In this document: piece by piece, positions 38,101 through 49,800 of the stretch
How positions within the stretch are numbered: position 1 is the first letter of the stretch
How the letters are laid out: the number at the start of each line of letters is the position of its first letter
Assembly (NCBI GenBank): GCA_026770705.1
Contig: JANJGN010000121.1
Coordinates: 1,364,001-1,428,000, forward strand
Length of the DNA: 64,000 bases
Reading direction: 5' to 3'
Source of the DNA: Isurus oxyrinchus
Taxonomy: Eukaryota
Program-made: the position numbers and the translations under genes
Notes under the pieces: model-generated
What the model was told of the DNA's origin: nothing
Seen by the model: the letters and a program-made list of their open reading frames with translations, nothing else
Databases searched by the model: none

Positions 38101-41100
38101 TAAGGACAGCAGATTTCCCTCCCTAAAGGACATTAGTGACCAAGATGGGGTTTTAACGACAATCAGCACTGTTTTCATGGTCATCATTAGACTTTCAATT
38201 CCAGATTCTAATTGAATTGGTTGGCAAGTGGACATTTGACCACTTTGGCCACAATTGGTCCACAATTATCTGTTGCCAGCTAATCAGCACCCTCTTCTCA
38301 TGCAGTATCAATTGTTGTTTCCTTTGAGATTTGGTATTCTGGCAATTCTGTCCTGATGAGTGAAAGATGAAAAGCTTTGACAGAATGTCTCCTTTCTCAC
38401 CAATGCTCAGGTTCTGTGCTGCCAAGTGATTGTAAACATCATCTTCTGTAAATCAGAATCCTGAATACTCTCTCCAATGACTAACACATCATTCCTGGTA
38501 CACGAACCAGAGAAAGTTAGTATGCAGGTGCAGCAAGTGGTTAGGAAGGCAAATGGAACGTTGCTGTTTATTGTAAGGGAGCTCGCGTGTAAAAGTAGGG
38601 ACGCATGTTACAACTGTACAGGCTCTTGGTGAGTCTGCATCACGAGTACTGTGTACAGTCTTTGATTCTGACATAGAAAAGATGGGCCAAATGTGCAGCT
38701 GAAGGCTACCTGTAATACTGGGTAATGTTATCTGCTGGTGAGGAATACAGTGCAGTTTCTACTTGTGCTAGTGTTGGAGCTGTATCCAGTCCATGATTAT
38801 ATAAAGAGACTATTCAAATCTCGATTTTACACCTCATGAGTTTGCCCATATTTAATTCATTCACAGGATGTGGGAGCTGCTGATATGGGTAACATTTATT
38901 GCCTATCCTTAATTACCCCTTGTCCTGACCTGCTGCAGTCCATGTGCTGTACGTATACCCACAGTGCTGTTAGGGAAGGGGTTCCAGGATTTTGACCCAG
39001 CGATAGTGAAGGAACGGCCGATACATTTCCAATTCAGGATGGTGAGAGGCTTGGCGGGGAACTTGCAGGTGGCATTGTTCCCATGTATCTGCTGCCCTTG
39101 TTCTTCTGGTATTAAGGAATGGAAGGTGCTGTTCAAGGAGCCTTGGGGAGCTGTTGCAGTGCATCTTGTAGATGGTACACACTGGACATTCATGGTGGAG
39201 AGAGTGAATGTTGTAGATTGTGGGTGGGATGACGTTCAAGTGGGCTGTTTGTCCTGGATGGTGTCGAGCTTCCTGAGTGTTGCTGGAGCCGCACTCATCC
39301 AGGCAACTGGAGAGTGTTCCATCACACTCCTGACTTTAACTCAGTTATTAATGTGTTGATAATTTTGTATTTGAAAGATTCTCCTCACAACACGTCTGTC
39401 AGGATGACACTGGAAAAAGGAAAGATGATTTCTCTAAGTTGTTCCAGTGAAGGGAATGCAGTAGTCCACAATTTCACCTGGTTTAAAATCTCACAAAGAA
39501 AAGTGACGAATCTGGCACTCGCTGGTCAAACTATTACAGTTCCTTATGGATTTGAAGAGCAAATCTCCTACTACTGTGAAGCAACAAGCATCCTGGGCAG
39601 TTCCCAGTCTCTGCCCATTAGAATTCCCTCTGAATGTGAGTACTTTTCTTCATTTGTTCATGGGATGGAGGTGTCACTGGCTAGACCAACATTTATTGCC
39701 CATCCCAAATTACCCTGGAACTGAATGGCTTGCTGGGCCATTACAGAGTGTATTGAAGAGTCAACCACATCTCTGTGGGTCTGGACTTGCATGTAGGCCA
39801 GACCAGGTAAGGACAGCAAATTTCCCTCCCTAAAGAACATTAGTGACCCAGATAGGTTTTTAACGACAATCGGTAATGTTTTCATGGTCATCGTTAGAAT
39901 GTCAATTCCAGATTCTCATTGAATTGGTTGGCAAGTGGGCATTTGACACTTTATCCACAATTTGTCCACAATTATCTGCTTGCCAGCTAATCAGCACATT
40001 CTCCTCATGCAGTATCAATTGTTGTTCCCTTTCAGATTTGGTATTCTTGCAATTCTGATGAGTGAAAGATGAAAAGCTTTGACAGAATGTCTCCTTTCTC
40101 ACCAATGCTCAGGTTCTGTGCTGCCAAGTGACTATAAACATCGTCTTCTGTAAATCAGAATCCTGAATACTCTCTCCAATGACTAACACATCATTCCTGG
40201 TACATGAATCATAGAAAGTTAGTATGCAGGTGCAGCAAGGTGTTAGGAAGGCAAATGGAACGTTGGTGTTTATTGTAAGCAAGCTTGGGTGTAAAAGTAG
40301 GGATGCATGTTACAACTCTATAGGCTCTTGGTGAGACTGCATCAGGAGTACTGTGTACAGTCTTGGCTTCTGACATAGAAAAGATGGGCCGAATGCGCAG
40401 CTGTAGACTACTTGTAATTCTGTGTAACATTATCTGCAGGTGAGGAATACAGTGCAGTCTGTACATGTGCTAGTGTTGGATCTGTATCCAGTCCATAATT
40501 ATATAAAGAGACTATTCAATTCTAGATTTTAAACCACATGAGTTTGCCCATATTAAATTCATTTGCTGATATGGGCAACATTTATTGCCCATCCCTAATC
40601 ACTCCATGTGCTGTAGGTACACCCACAGCAATGTTAGGCAGGGAGTTCCAGGATTATGACCCAGTGACAGTGAAGGAAATGACGATAGATTTCCAACTCA
40701 GGATGGTGTGTGGATTGGAGGGGAACTTGCAGGTGGTTGTGTTCCCATGAACAGATGCCCTTGTCCTTCTAGATGTTAGAGGTGATAGGTTTGGAAGGTG
40801 CTTTTCAAGGAGCCTTGGTGAGCTGTTGCAGTGCATCTTGCAGATGGTACACACTGCTGCTACTGTGCATTCAAGGTGGAGGGAGTGAATGTTGAAGATG
40901 GTGGGTGGGATGCCAATCAAGTGGGCTGCTTTGTCCTGGATGGTGTCGAGCTTCATGAGTGTTGTTGGAGCTGCACTCATCCCGGCAACTGGAGAGTGTT
41001 CCATCACACTCCTGACTTTAGCTCATTGGTTAATGTATTGATAATTTTGTATTTGAAAGATTCTCCTCGCAATACGTCTGTCAGGATGACATGGGAAAAA

Positions 41101-44100
41101 GGAAAGATGATTTCTCTCAGTTGCTCCAGTGACGGGAATCCAGCAGTCCACAATTTCACCTGGTTTAAGATCTCCCAAGGAAAGGTCATTAATCTGACAC
41201 TCACTGGTCAAACTATTATGGTTCCTGATGGAGTCGATGAGGAAATCTCCTACTACTGTGAAGCAACAAGTATCCTGGGCAGTTCCAAGTCTCTGCCCAT
41301 TAGAACTCCCACAGAATGTGAGTAATTTTTTTATTTGTTCATGGGATGAAGGTCTCACTGGCGAGACCAACATTTATTGCCCATCCCAAATTACCCTGGA
41401 ACAGAGTAGCTTGCTGTCCATTTCAGAGGGTTTTGAGGAATCAACCTCTTTGCTGTGGGTCTGGAGTCACATGTACACCAGACCAGGTAAGGATGGCAGA
41501 TTTCCCCCCCTAAAGGACATTAGTGACCCAGATGGGGTTTTAGCGACAATCAGCAATGTTTCCATGGTCAAAGTTAGACTTTCAATTCCAGATTCTAATT
41601 GAATTGGTTGGCAAGTGGACATTTGACACTTGGGCCACAATTTGTCCACAATTATCTGCTTGCCAGCCAATCAGCACATTCTTCTCATGCAGTATTGTTG
41701 TTCCCTTTGAGATTTGGTATTCTTGCAATTCTGTCCTGATGAGTGAAAGATGAAAAGCTTTGACAGAATGTCTCCTTTCACACCAATACTCAGTGCCGGA
41801 AAAGGATGAATGATCTCCTCCGTTCCACCAGCGTAAGTCACCCTTTTCATCACTCCTAACTCACACACTCACAAACACATCACACACCCACAGGGCCCTC
41901 ACTCACTGCCAGCGCAAGAGATATCACCATTCACTCTCTCACTCACACCGTCATTGTCCACATCCCATCCGTAGGACCACTCACCACCCACACAGGTCAG
42001 GCATACTTATCATCTGGCCTGGCAGGCATCCTGATACACTCTCCCCATCTCTATCCATGCAGGACAAACTGGCTCACAACAGGAGGGGAAGGTCACAGAC
42101 AGGTGGAGAGATGTCGGAGATCAAAGCTCTGACAGAATTGGAAAACAGAGTCATCCAGCTGGCCGGCAATGACCGGGATCGGTCCTGTGCTGACAGTGAG
42201 TTCAGCGCTGCTTTCCCAAGTGAGGATCCAGAAGTGCAACATCCATCAAACAACCATGCTGTGAGTGATGTGTCCTCTTTCACAGGCCACTGCCATGCAC
42301 TAATTAGCTCCCAATGCTTTCACAGACACATCTGGGAAGCAGCAGACAGAGTCCACGACCCAGAACCTCCAAGCAAGCTCCGAAGAAACCTCTGAAGAGG
42401 AATCTGAAGGCACCCTCCCTGAACTCCCCTCACAGCGCTCATCCTCACCCTCCATCAGCGCAGAGACACACACCTCAGTGGGACCTAGCTTTAGAGTAGC
42501 CTCTGGTGAGCACATCGCACTGTTTGATTCACAGCAGGCTGAGGCAGGGACCTACCAGGTCCCCGGCACTCGGAGGACTGCTGGAGGCCAGAACATTGCT
42601 GAGTCCGAGTCGGATGATGAGCTTCTGACTCAGTAATGTCACAGTTGCTGGAGCTGCAAAGGCAAGCTGGGGAACATCAGGAAGGGATGTCCGCTGCACT
42701 CCTCAGATTGCAAGGCATGATGGAGGAGTCCGTCTGCCTTCAGGTTGAGGTGATAGTGCCAGCATGGCAACGCACTGAGGTCAACACTGGCAGGATGACG
42801 GCCGCCATGGAGACCTTGGTCCAGGACGTTGCTCACGTACTGCTACACGGGTTTAACCCCATCTCTAATGTCATAGTTGGCCTCCTACAGTGTTCAGGTG
42901 AGAGGGATGCTGGGCAGCTCAATCTCACTCTACCTACACCCCATCTCTCATCCCCATTGATGTCCTCCTCATCAGAGGAGACCTCCAGCTCCTCCATCTC
43001 CTCCTCAGCCAGCTCCTCTCCCAGTTGCAGCGCCTGGTTGTAAAGGGCGCAGCAGACAATGACGATGTGCGATACCCTCTGCGGACTGTATTGCTGGGCT
43101 CCACTAGACTGGTCCAGGCACCGCAACCACATCTTCAGCATCCCGGGTCTGTGCTACCAAATTACGAGTTGCTGCCTGAGCCTCATTATAGCGTCGCTCT
43201 GCTGCAGTCTGAGGCCTCTGCACGCGTGTCATCAGCCACAACCACTGTAGTCCTTGTCCCCAAGGAGCCAACCCTGCAGCCTCTGTGGACCCTGGAAAAC
43301 TGCAGGGATCTGAGAGTGACTCAGGATGTAGGCAATGTGCGCACTCCCTGTAAACCGTGTGCATACCACAGGATGTGTTGCTGCTGGTCACATACCAACT
43401 GCATATTCGATGAGTGGAAACCCTTGTGGTTGATGAAGTCCACTGGGTGTAGCGATGGAGACCTGAGCGCCACATGAGTGCAGTCAATCGTACCCTGCAC
43501 CTATGGGAATCCCGAGATCAGGGCAAATCGAAAGGCCCTTGCATCCTGGCTGTCCGGGTCCCGGGCGAAATGCATAAAGTTGTTGCCATGGAGAAGATGC
43601 ATCCGGGACCTCATGGATGTATTTGTGGGTGGAGAATTGTGATATCCCACAGAGGTCGCCTGTGGAGCCCTGAAAGGAGACACTGGCAGAGAAATTGAGC
43701 ACCACGGTCACTGTCACAGGCACTGGCAGTGGATGCCCTCTATGTTCCCTTGGATCCAAGTCCTGCAGTAAGTGGCAGATGTGAGCCAACAGGTCCCTAG
43801 ACATGCACAGACATCAGTGACTCTGGTTCTCAGTCATCTGCAGGAATGACAGGCGGTGTCTATAGACTCTGGGTGTCGCTAGGCGCTGACCAGCCACGGC
43901 TCACTGTCGCTCCTCGACAGCGTATGCGAGACCTCCACTGCCCCTTCTTCATGAGGTTGCTGTTCCTGCCTTTGTGCGGCCAGGAGCCTCAGTCACTCTC
44001 TCCTCCGTCTTCTAAAGTCTCCGTGGACCATCAGGCACGCAGCTAGGTCACCAGGGTCCATCATCCCGACATGGCCCTCCTGCACCATGAAAAAGAGAGA

Positions 44101-47100
44101 GAGAGAGACTTGGTTATCGTGGCTGTACTTAGCACCTTTCCTGGCCATGTGTGACTGCCCCTCAATGCTTCCCGGGAAGTGCTGGTCACCGCTTGGACGG
44201 CCAGAGATGAGTGCGCTGCATGGCTGCCCTCTCAACCCGTGACATGCGGGACACTGGTCCAAACCGAGATGCTGAGAGACCTGACAGAGTTTTGTCTGTG
44301 GAAGTCAGAGGCTTGTAACATCAAAGCAGCTGTAAGCCTACACCTGTCTGCAAAGGAACCAAAGTGAAAGGAACCTCATTTGGAATTTGTGAGGTTAAAA
44401 TGCTTTGCCTGGTGTCTGCTTAAAGTCTATGGGTTGTCTTAGAGGAGATTAGTTTGGGAATTTGATAAAAAGTTTTGATCATTGTAACTTTTAGCCATGT
44501 GTCTATATTTAACTTGTTATAAGTTGGCAAAGTTAGTTTGATATAAAAACCTCTAGAGAACCGGTGGTCTTATTCCTGAATTTTGAGCTGCATCTCAAAC
44601 ATTCCACTGGGAAATATAGGTTTTAACAGTTGTTTAAAGTTCCCCTCTGGGATTTTAAACCACAGCTTTTACCAACTGCTGTATTGTAACATCTATAAAT
44701 GTTACATAGATTACATCGATAAATATTATATATAAATATTACAAAGATTACATCGATAAATATTACATATAAATATTAGATAGGTTATATGGAAATGCAA
44801 GAAGTTTATTCATAAATTGCTTAGAAATTCCTGAAACTCTCAACAGCCAATGAAGCAGTTTTGAAGTGAGCTCACTGTTGTATTGTTGGAAACGCAGCTA
44901 CTGATTTGTGCACAGCAAGATTCCAACAATCAGCATTGTGGTAATGAACTGATAATCGATTATTTTAGTGAGGTTAGTTGATTCATACAAAGAGATTACA
45001 TTTAGGAGGTGGATCACTAATAACCTTTTAGGGAGGGAAACCTGTCTGGGTGTATATGTGACTCCAGTCTCAAACACCAATGTAATTAACTCTGACCTGC
45101 CCTCTGAACTGGTCTCCCAGTTTGGGACAAACCAGTGGTTCAGGAGGAAGACCCCCCACCACCTTCTCAAGGGGAAACTAGGGATGGACAATAAATATCA
45201 GCATTGCCCGAGAATGAGTATTTAAACATTGAGTGAGTGTATCGCTTCTCGAGATACATCGGAGCATCATTCTAAACCTGTAGTGCAGTAATTAATGGCT
45301 GTTTTTACAGGTAGAGACTGCAGTAAATGGACAGTAGGATTGCTCACGGCTGGGATCATGTTGAGTGTTTTCCTGGCTGGAATCTTCATCTTCATCTGTG
45401 TGAGAAAGTAAGTCTGAAGATTTAACTTGATTTTAATATAAACATTTGCTTCAATGTTCTTTCCTTAAGTCGGTGATTGTTTCCCTTGGGATCAGCACCA
45501 GGTCCCTCTCGGTAAGTGGTCCCTGTGTCCACTCTGATCCGGAGAGAACCTTTCATTGTCCTGTATCCAGGTAAACAATCACGAGACCCAGAGATTCCTC
45601 ACTCTGCACGATTACTCCTGGATAAATATTTGCTTCAATGTTCTTTCCTGAAGTCGGTGATTGTTTCCCTTGTGTTAAGCGCCAGATGCCTCTCCGTAAC
45701 TGGTCTCTTTGTCCCTTATGATCCAGAGAGTGTTTTTCATTGCCCGTTATCCAGATGAATAATAATCAGTTGCTGTGATCTGGAAGGTGCTGCCTGAAAG
45801 GGAGGTGGAAGCAGATTCAATAGGAACTTTCAAAAGGGGAATTGGATAAATACTTGAAGGGACAAAATTTGAAGGGCTATGGGGGCAAGAGTAGGGGTGG
45901 AGGGGGGGTCAAAGATATGGCATGTTATTATAATGATATTATACCTTGGGCTTATTTACTGTACAAGACACAAAGCACCAATCGCACACAGGGATTGGGT
46001 GAGAATGTTATGGGCTCGTTTATCAAGAACAGTTATACATACGGATAAAGCTTGGAGGCATCAGAGCTGTGAGTGTGTGCTCTGCTCAAAGCAAAAGTGA
46101 AACTAAGATTGGATCACATGACACACTTCCATTATAGTGATGTCACGCTGATATCCCTTATTGGAACTAGAGACAGTCCAGTCATTGGTGTAAGGTTACA
46201 GTGGGCTCTGTGTCTGTGCTGCACTGACTCTCTGCTATATGATAACCACAGTGTGATATTGTGTTATTGCAGGAGAAAGACAGCGATGGAGGAGAGAGTT
46301 TCAGGGACCAGAGACATTGCATTGACCCCCAGTCCACTCTCTGTGAAGCAGCAGGTACAGGAGCTGTTTACACTCACTCCAAAGCTTCAACCCCAGTGTG
46401 TAGACAACACGTGTCCCAGATTCTCAGCCAGGTTACCCACTGACTTCTAACTGTGGAGTCAGCAATGGCTCAGTTTTTAGCATTGTCTCTTGCTCTCTCT
46501 CTCTCTCCCTCAGTCTCTCTTTCTCCAGAAACCTGAGCACAAAAATGCCGATACATCTGAGGTCAGCACTGGGGGAGAGCAACACAGAAGGAGAATCAGT
46601 ACTGAGGGTGTGCTGCACCATTGGAGGGTCAGTAATGAGAGAGTGATGCATTGGAGAAGGCTCAGTACTGAGAGAGTGCTGCACTGTCAGAGGGTCAGTA
46701 CTGAGAGACTGCTGCACTATCGGAGGGTCAGTACTGAGGGGGTGCTGCACTGTCGGAGGGTCAGAACTGAGGGAGTGCTGCACTGTCGGATGTTCAATAC
46801 TGAGGGAGCGCCGCACTGTTGGAGGGTCCATATTGAAGGAATGCTGCCCTCTCGAAGGGGCAGTTCCAAGGGAGTGCCGCACTGTCAGGAGCCAGCACTG
46901 AGAGAACGTTGCATTGTTCAAAGTGCCATCTTGCAGAACAGTTGTGTAATGCTGACCATGTTAACCGTCTCAGGTGGGCATATAAGATCCAACATTATAG
47001 CAGTGACACACTTCAATAAAATTCCTTCATTGGCGTGAGGTGTTTTGGATGCCTGTGTTTGTGATGAATGGAGCACAAATCTCACGATTCAGATGGTAAC

Positions 47101-47524
47101 TAGGACTTCCAGACTCAGGTGAGCAAGAGAGAGAGAGAGAGAGGGAAAGAGAGAGAGCGAAAAAAGGGTTAAACCCACTGAGCCACGACTGACACTAACG
47201 AGGCTGCACAATAATTTAACCCTATCAGTGCCAGTAAATGATGTGAGGATGTCTTCTGTTTCCATTTCTCTGTAGGATGAACAGAACATGCTGATTACTG
47301 AGCCCCGGGACACAACCAGAGACACAACTAGTGAGGGGCAGACCCCAGCTCCCCGGGGTCTCTCTGAAAGTCCAGTGGGAGGCGATGCTGGACATGGGAA
47401 CCCCGACAATCCCGACGACATTCTCTACGCCAACATCAACTTTTCAAAGCTGCCCAGCGGTGACAGGACTGTGCACAGGAGCGAGGACACGGAATACACA
47501 CTGATTGGATTCCAGAAAAACTGA
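29135..47524 (+). CDS. Gene 2: complete Siglec-family (CD22-like) receptor, 7 Ig domains (V + 6 C2), TM, ITIM + ITSM, about 802 aa
   Basis: Exons 29135-29180, 30001-30357, 32792-33079, 34265-34522, 35982-36239, 37680-37937, 39378-39635, 41060-41317, 45311-45407, 46273-46354, 47276-47524 sum to 2409 nt with consistent phases. Siglec hallmarks: CVVIPCSF, GR..GD...NCS in the V-set and an extra Cys (TCP) in domain 2. Confidence 0.88.
29320..29410 (+). mobile_element. Short Penelope-like terminal fragment (duplicate at about 54697-54787)
   Basis: ggactcGAAACGTCaactctgtttctctctccacagatgctg...ccagcattttctg. Confidence 0.5.
29510..29965 (-). mobile_element. CR1 LINE fragment (duplicate at about 54890-55340)
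   Basis: EYKRRGVLLQLYRALVR...CVLFWSPYL. Confidence 0.8.
30001..30357 (+). CDS. Gene 2 Siglec-type V-set exon
   Basis: GWSM...SCVVIPCSFDFP...GAWYK...FVGRAKIIGDLEGKNCSVRIDSLRAEDSDVYYFYVD...LQVL; ctttcag| ... |gtaagt. Confidence 0.92.
30490..31570 (+). repeat. 33-bp minisatellite behind a tRNA-derived SINE head (paralog at about 55867-56375)
   Basis: About 32 units; B-box-like GGTTCAATTCC at about 30435. Confidence 0.92.
31575..32705 (+). mobile_element. CR1 LINE fragments (duplicate at about 56585-57575)
   Basis: LEKLGLFSLEQRRLRGDLIEVYKMM; RNFFTQRVV. Confidence 0.8.
32001..32222 (+). repeat. 63-bp tandem repeat, about 3.5 copies (about 1.5 copies at 57005-57100)
   Basis: ccagtaaaactgggaaataagagtcctggtccaaactggtcttgtatagc at 32064, 32127 and 32190. 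Confidence 0.9.
32792..33079 (+). CDS. Gene 2 Siglec domain 2 (C2-set) exon
   Basis: DVPDKP...EGTPAHIICKCLDTCPDNHPNLTW...LTFNPSFKHHGRTLRC...LSVK; 288 nt, phase 1-1. Confidence 0.9.
33125..33545 (+). mobile_element. CR1 LINE 3' fragment (duplicate at about 58000-58425)
   Basis: gaaaagagaaggctgaggggtgacct...aggagaaacttctttacccagagagt. Confidence 0.75.
34265..34522 (+). CDS. Gene 2 Ig C2 exon B1
   Basis: 258 nt; YSPHNTSV...LSCSSDGNPAVHNFTWFK...YYCEATSILGSSQS. Confidence 0.88.
34938..34979 (+). ncRNA. Minimal type I hammerhead ribozyme motif, copy 1 (Penelope-like)
   Basis: attctgtc CTGATGA gtgaaagat GAAA agct TT gacagaat; perfect 8-bp stem I, palindromic AAGCTT stem III. Confidence 0.7.
35982..36239 (+). 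CDS. Gene 2 Ig C2 exon B2
   Basis: 258 nt, aag/gtgagt, open frame. Confidence 0.88.
36655..36696 (+). ncRNA. Hammerhead motif copy 2
   Basis: Core and stems intact; loop II variant. Confidence 0.68.
37680..37937 (+). CDS. Gene 2 Ig C2 exon B3
   Basis: 258 nt, aag/gtgagt, open frame. Confidence 0.88.
38345..38386 (+). ncRNA. Hammerhead motif copy 3
   Basis: Same motif as copy 1. Confidence 0.7.
39378..39635 (+). CDS. Gene 2 Ig C2 exon B4
   Basis: 258 nt, aag/gtgagt, open frame. Confidence 0.88.
40052..40088 (+). ncRNA. Hammerhead motif copy 4 (5-nt deletion destroys stem I)
   Basis: aatt-CTGATGA...; core present, 5' strand of stem I lost. Confidence 0.5.
41060..41317 (+). CDS. Gene 2 Ig C2 exon B5
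   Basis: 258 nt, aag/gtgagt, open frame. Confidence 0.88.
41728..41769 (+). ncRNA. Hammerhead motif copy 5
   Basis: Same motif as copy 1. Confidence 0.7.
41791..42900 (+). mobile_element. Harbinger Myb/SANT accessory gene remnant, 5'-truncated
   Basis: QCRKRMNDLLRSTS|gtaagt (41791-41832), then ag|DKLAHNRRGRSQTGGEMSEIKALTELENRVIQLAG (from 42063). Confidence 0.7.
42940..44070 (-). pseudogene. Harbinger (HARBI1-like) DDE transposase remnant
   Basis: LPVPVTVTVVLNF...GDLCGISQ; GFP...DCTHV; ERRYNEAQAATRNLV; LKMWLRCLD...VSHIVIVCCALYN plus acidic tail; frameshifted. Confidence 0.85.
44265..44691. mobile_element. LTR-like 3' fragment
   Basis: Ends in tgtaaca; resembles the 3' part of the 20785-21697 element. 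Confidence 0.4.
45311..45407 (+). CDS. Gene 2 transmembrane exon
   Basis: [33 protein letters not shown]; near-identical to 18418-18514. Confidence 0.85.
46273..46354 (+). CDS. Gene 2 cytoplasmic exon 1
   Basis: [27 protein letters not shown]; phase 2-0. Confidence 0.78.
47276..47524 (+). CDS. Gene 2 terminal exon with ITIM (ILYANI) and ITSM-like (TEYTLI) motifs
   Basis: tgtag|GAT GAA CAG... open for 83 codons to TGA. Confidence 0.88.
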   Translation, partial: DEQNMLITEPRDTTRDTTSEGQTPAPRGLSESPVGGDAGHGNPDNPDDILYANINFSKLPSGDRTVHRSEDTEYTLIGFQKN

Positions 47525-47717
47525 GTGTGAAACAGGGAGCGGGGCTGTGGGGTGTGTGCAGCCAACATGGTCAAATAGTAATGAACAGAAATATGATGTT
47601 GCTCAATTTTTTTTATCAGTTCTGAGTGAGCTTTCTGAATGCTGCACCTTTTTCCATGCTGTAAAAGATTGTGAGAAGCTTATGAATTATGTATAATTTT
47701 ACATCTGTTAATACAAG

Positions 47718-49800
47718 GTGAGGTGAGAGTGACTGCCTTTGACATCAAGGCTGCATTTGACCGAGTGTGGCATCTAGGAGCCCGAGTAAAACTGGAGTCA
47801 ATGTGAATCAGGGGTGGTATGAAAATCCAATAACTTTCATAATATTTTTCTGGTTTGTTGTAAAGTAGGTTTATGGGTGTGAGTGTAGATGGGTCTGTCT
47901 GTGTGGTTTAATTACATCTGGAGTCAGGTAGACTATAAGCTTGAGATTATCAAAAGAAGCTAGGTGTAGAAATGTACTGGAAATGTTGAAATGGAGGCTG
48001 TCTCAGCATGTAAGGTGTGAAGAGAATTTGCATTTTTAGATAAGTTAAGGGATTGTTTGGATTTCAAAGGCACGCTGGTCTGTTTACAACTGTCCTGATA
48101 AGCAAGGCTGAGGAGTGTTTTAATTTTTCCCAAAGTTTACTGACAATATTGGCAACATAAAAGTTATTATATTATTAGAAAGTTACAGTTCCAAAGACAT
48201 ATAAACAATCGAATTTACACATCAAAGAGGGAGAAACACATTTAAAGGAGAATGAAACGCTATGTTGGGGGCCATGTAAGATCTAACAGGAGTGTGTGAA
48301 ACAGGCTTGAAGAAGCCTCCAGGCATTTGTGCAAAAGTCTGTTATGTTCAGTAAATAAAGTTGGAGAAATCCATTTAGAATTCCAATGTCAAGTGTGTGC
48401 TGTGTTAACTCGCTGGGTTTGTTTTTAATCTAAAATCTTATTTTGGACTGTTGCCTTAAACGGGGTATGTAACTGGGAGTCAGGTTAATTAGGAATGTTA
48501 GGATTTGTTTTAGTAGTAACTGCTGCCTTAGATACATGCTTGAAATCTTTTATTTTGTCAATAAATATTTTAAATTAGTTTTTAAGATCTCTAGATGTCT
48601 TCATCGATTAATTTCTCCTGAATTCAGTACATGCATCTCGTAATAAATATAAATTGCAAAACTGTTGTGATAGCACAATCAAGTTGCCATTGTGGATTTC
48701 GCACACATCATCTGCCATGTCATAAGGTGGGGGGGAAACACTCAGCTGGTTCGATTCGTACCTAGCACAAAGGTTGTGGTTGTTGGAGGTCATTCATCTC
48801 AGTTCCAGGACATCACCGCAGGAGTTGCTCAGTGTAGTGTCCTCGGCCCAACCATCTTCAGCTGCTTCATCAATGACGTTCATTCTATCAGAAGGTCAGA
48901 ATTATGGATGTTCGCTGATGATTGCACAATGTTTAGCACCATTCGTGACTCATCAGATACTGAAGCAGCCCATGTCCAAATGCAGCAAGACCTGGCCATT
49001 ATCCAGGCTTGGCCTGACAAGTGGCAAGTAACTTTCATGCCACACAATTGCCAGGCAAAGACCATCTCCAACCAGAGAGAATCTATTAATTTCCCCTTGA
49101 CATTCAATGGCATTACCATTGCTGAATCCCCCACTATCAACATTCTGGGGGTTACCATTGACCAGAAACTGAACTGGACTAGCCATATCAATACTGTGGC
49201 CACAACACCAGGCCAGATGCTGGGAATCATGTGGTGAATAACTCACCTCCTGATTCCCCAAAGCCTGTCCACCATCTTCAAGGCACAGGTCAGGAGTGTG
49301 ACGGAATACTCCCCACTTGCCTAGGTGGGTGCAGCTCTCACAACAGACAAGAAGCTCGACACCGTCCAGGACAAAGCATCGCGTGTGATTGGCACCTCAT
49401 CCACAAACATTCTCTCCCTCCACAACTGACGCACAGTGGCAGCAGTGTGTGTACCATCTACAAGATGCACCGCAGGGGCTCACCAACACTCCTTAGACGG
49501 CACCTTCCAAACACATGATCACTACCATCTCGAAGGACAAGGGCAGCAGACACATGGGAACACCACCACCTGGAAGTTCCCCTCCAAGTCACTCAGCATC
49601 CTGACTTGCAAATATATCACCGTTCCATCACTGTCGCTGGGTCAGAATCCTGCAACACCCTCCCAAACAGTTCTGTGGGTGTACATACACCACAGGGACT
49701 GCAGCAGCTCAAGAAGGCAGCTCACCACCATATTCTCAAGGACAATTAGGGATGGGCAATAAATTCTGGCCTAGCCAGTGTCAGTGAATGAATAAAAAAA
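47718..49800 (+). mobile_element. Duplicate LINE RT fragment, with the solo LTR at about 47815-48727
   Basis: ORF 48692-49237: GVAQCSVLGPTIFSCFINDV...MFADDCT...WPDKWQVTF. Confidence 0.82.

Larger units (their letters stand above)
33545..41793 (+). repeat. Tandem array of about 1.7 kb units: antisense LINE fragment + Ig exon B + SINE/LINE fragment + Penelope-like fragment + CR1 fragment
   Basis: Exon spacing 1717, 1698, 1698, 1682 nt with colinear intron sequence. Confidence 0.93.

Noticed and set aside
33545-41793. Retrozyme-like, ribozyme-driven amplification of the B exons
   Set aside because: Unit boundaries lie next to CR1 fragments (about 33545 and 35290), not at the hammerhead cut sites. 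This favours DNA-level unequal crossover with the ribozyme carried along.
41791-44070. Active Harbinger transposon or domesticated HARBI1/NAIF1 genes
   Set aside because: Multiple frameshifts and stops, a 5'-truncated Myb gene, and no terminal inverted repeats found.
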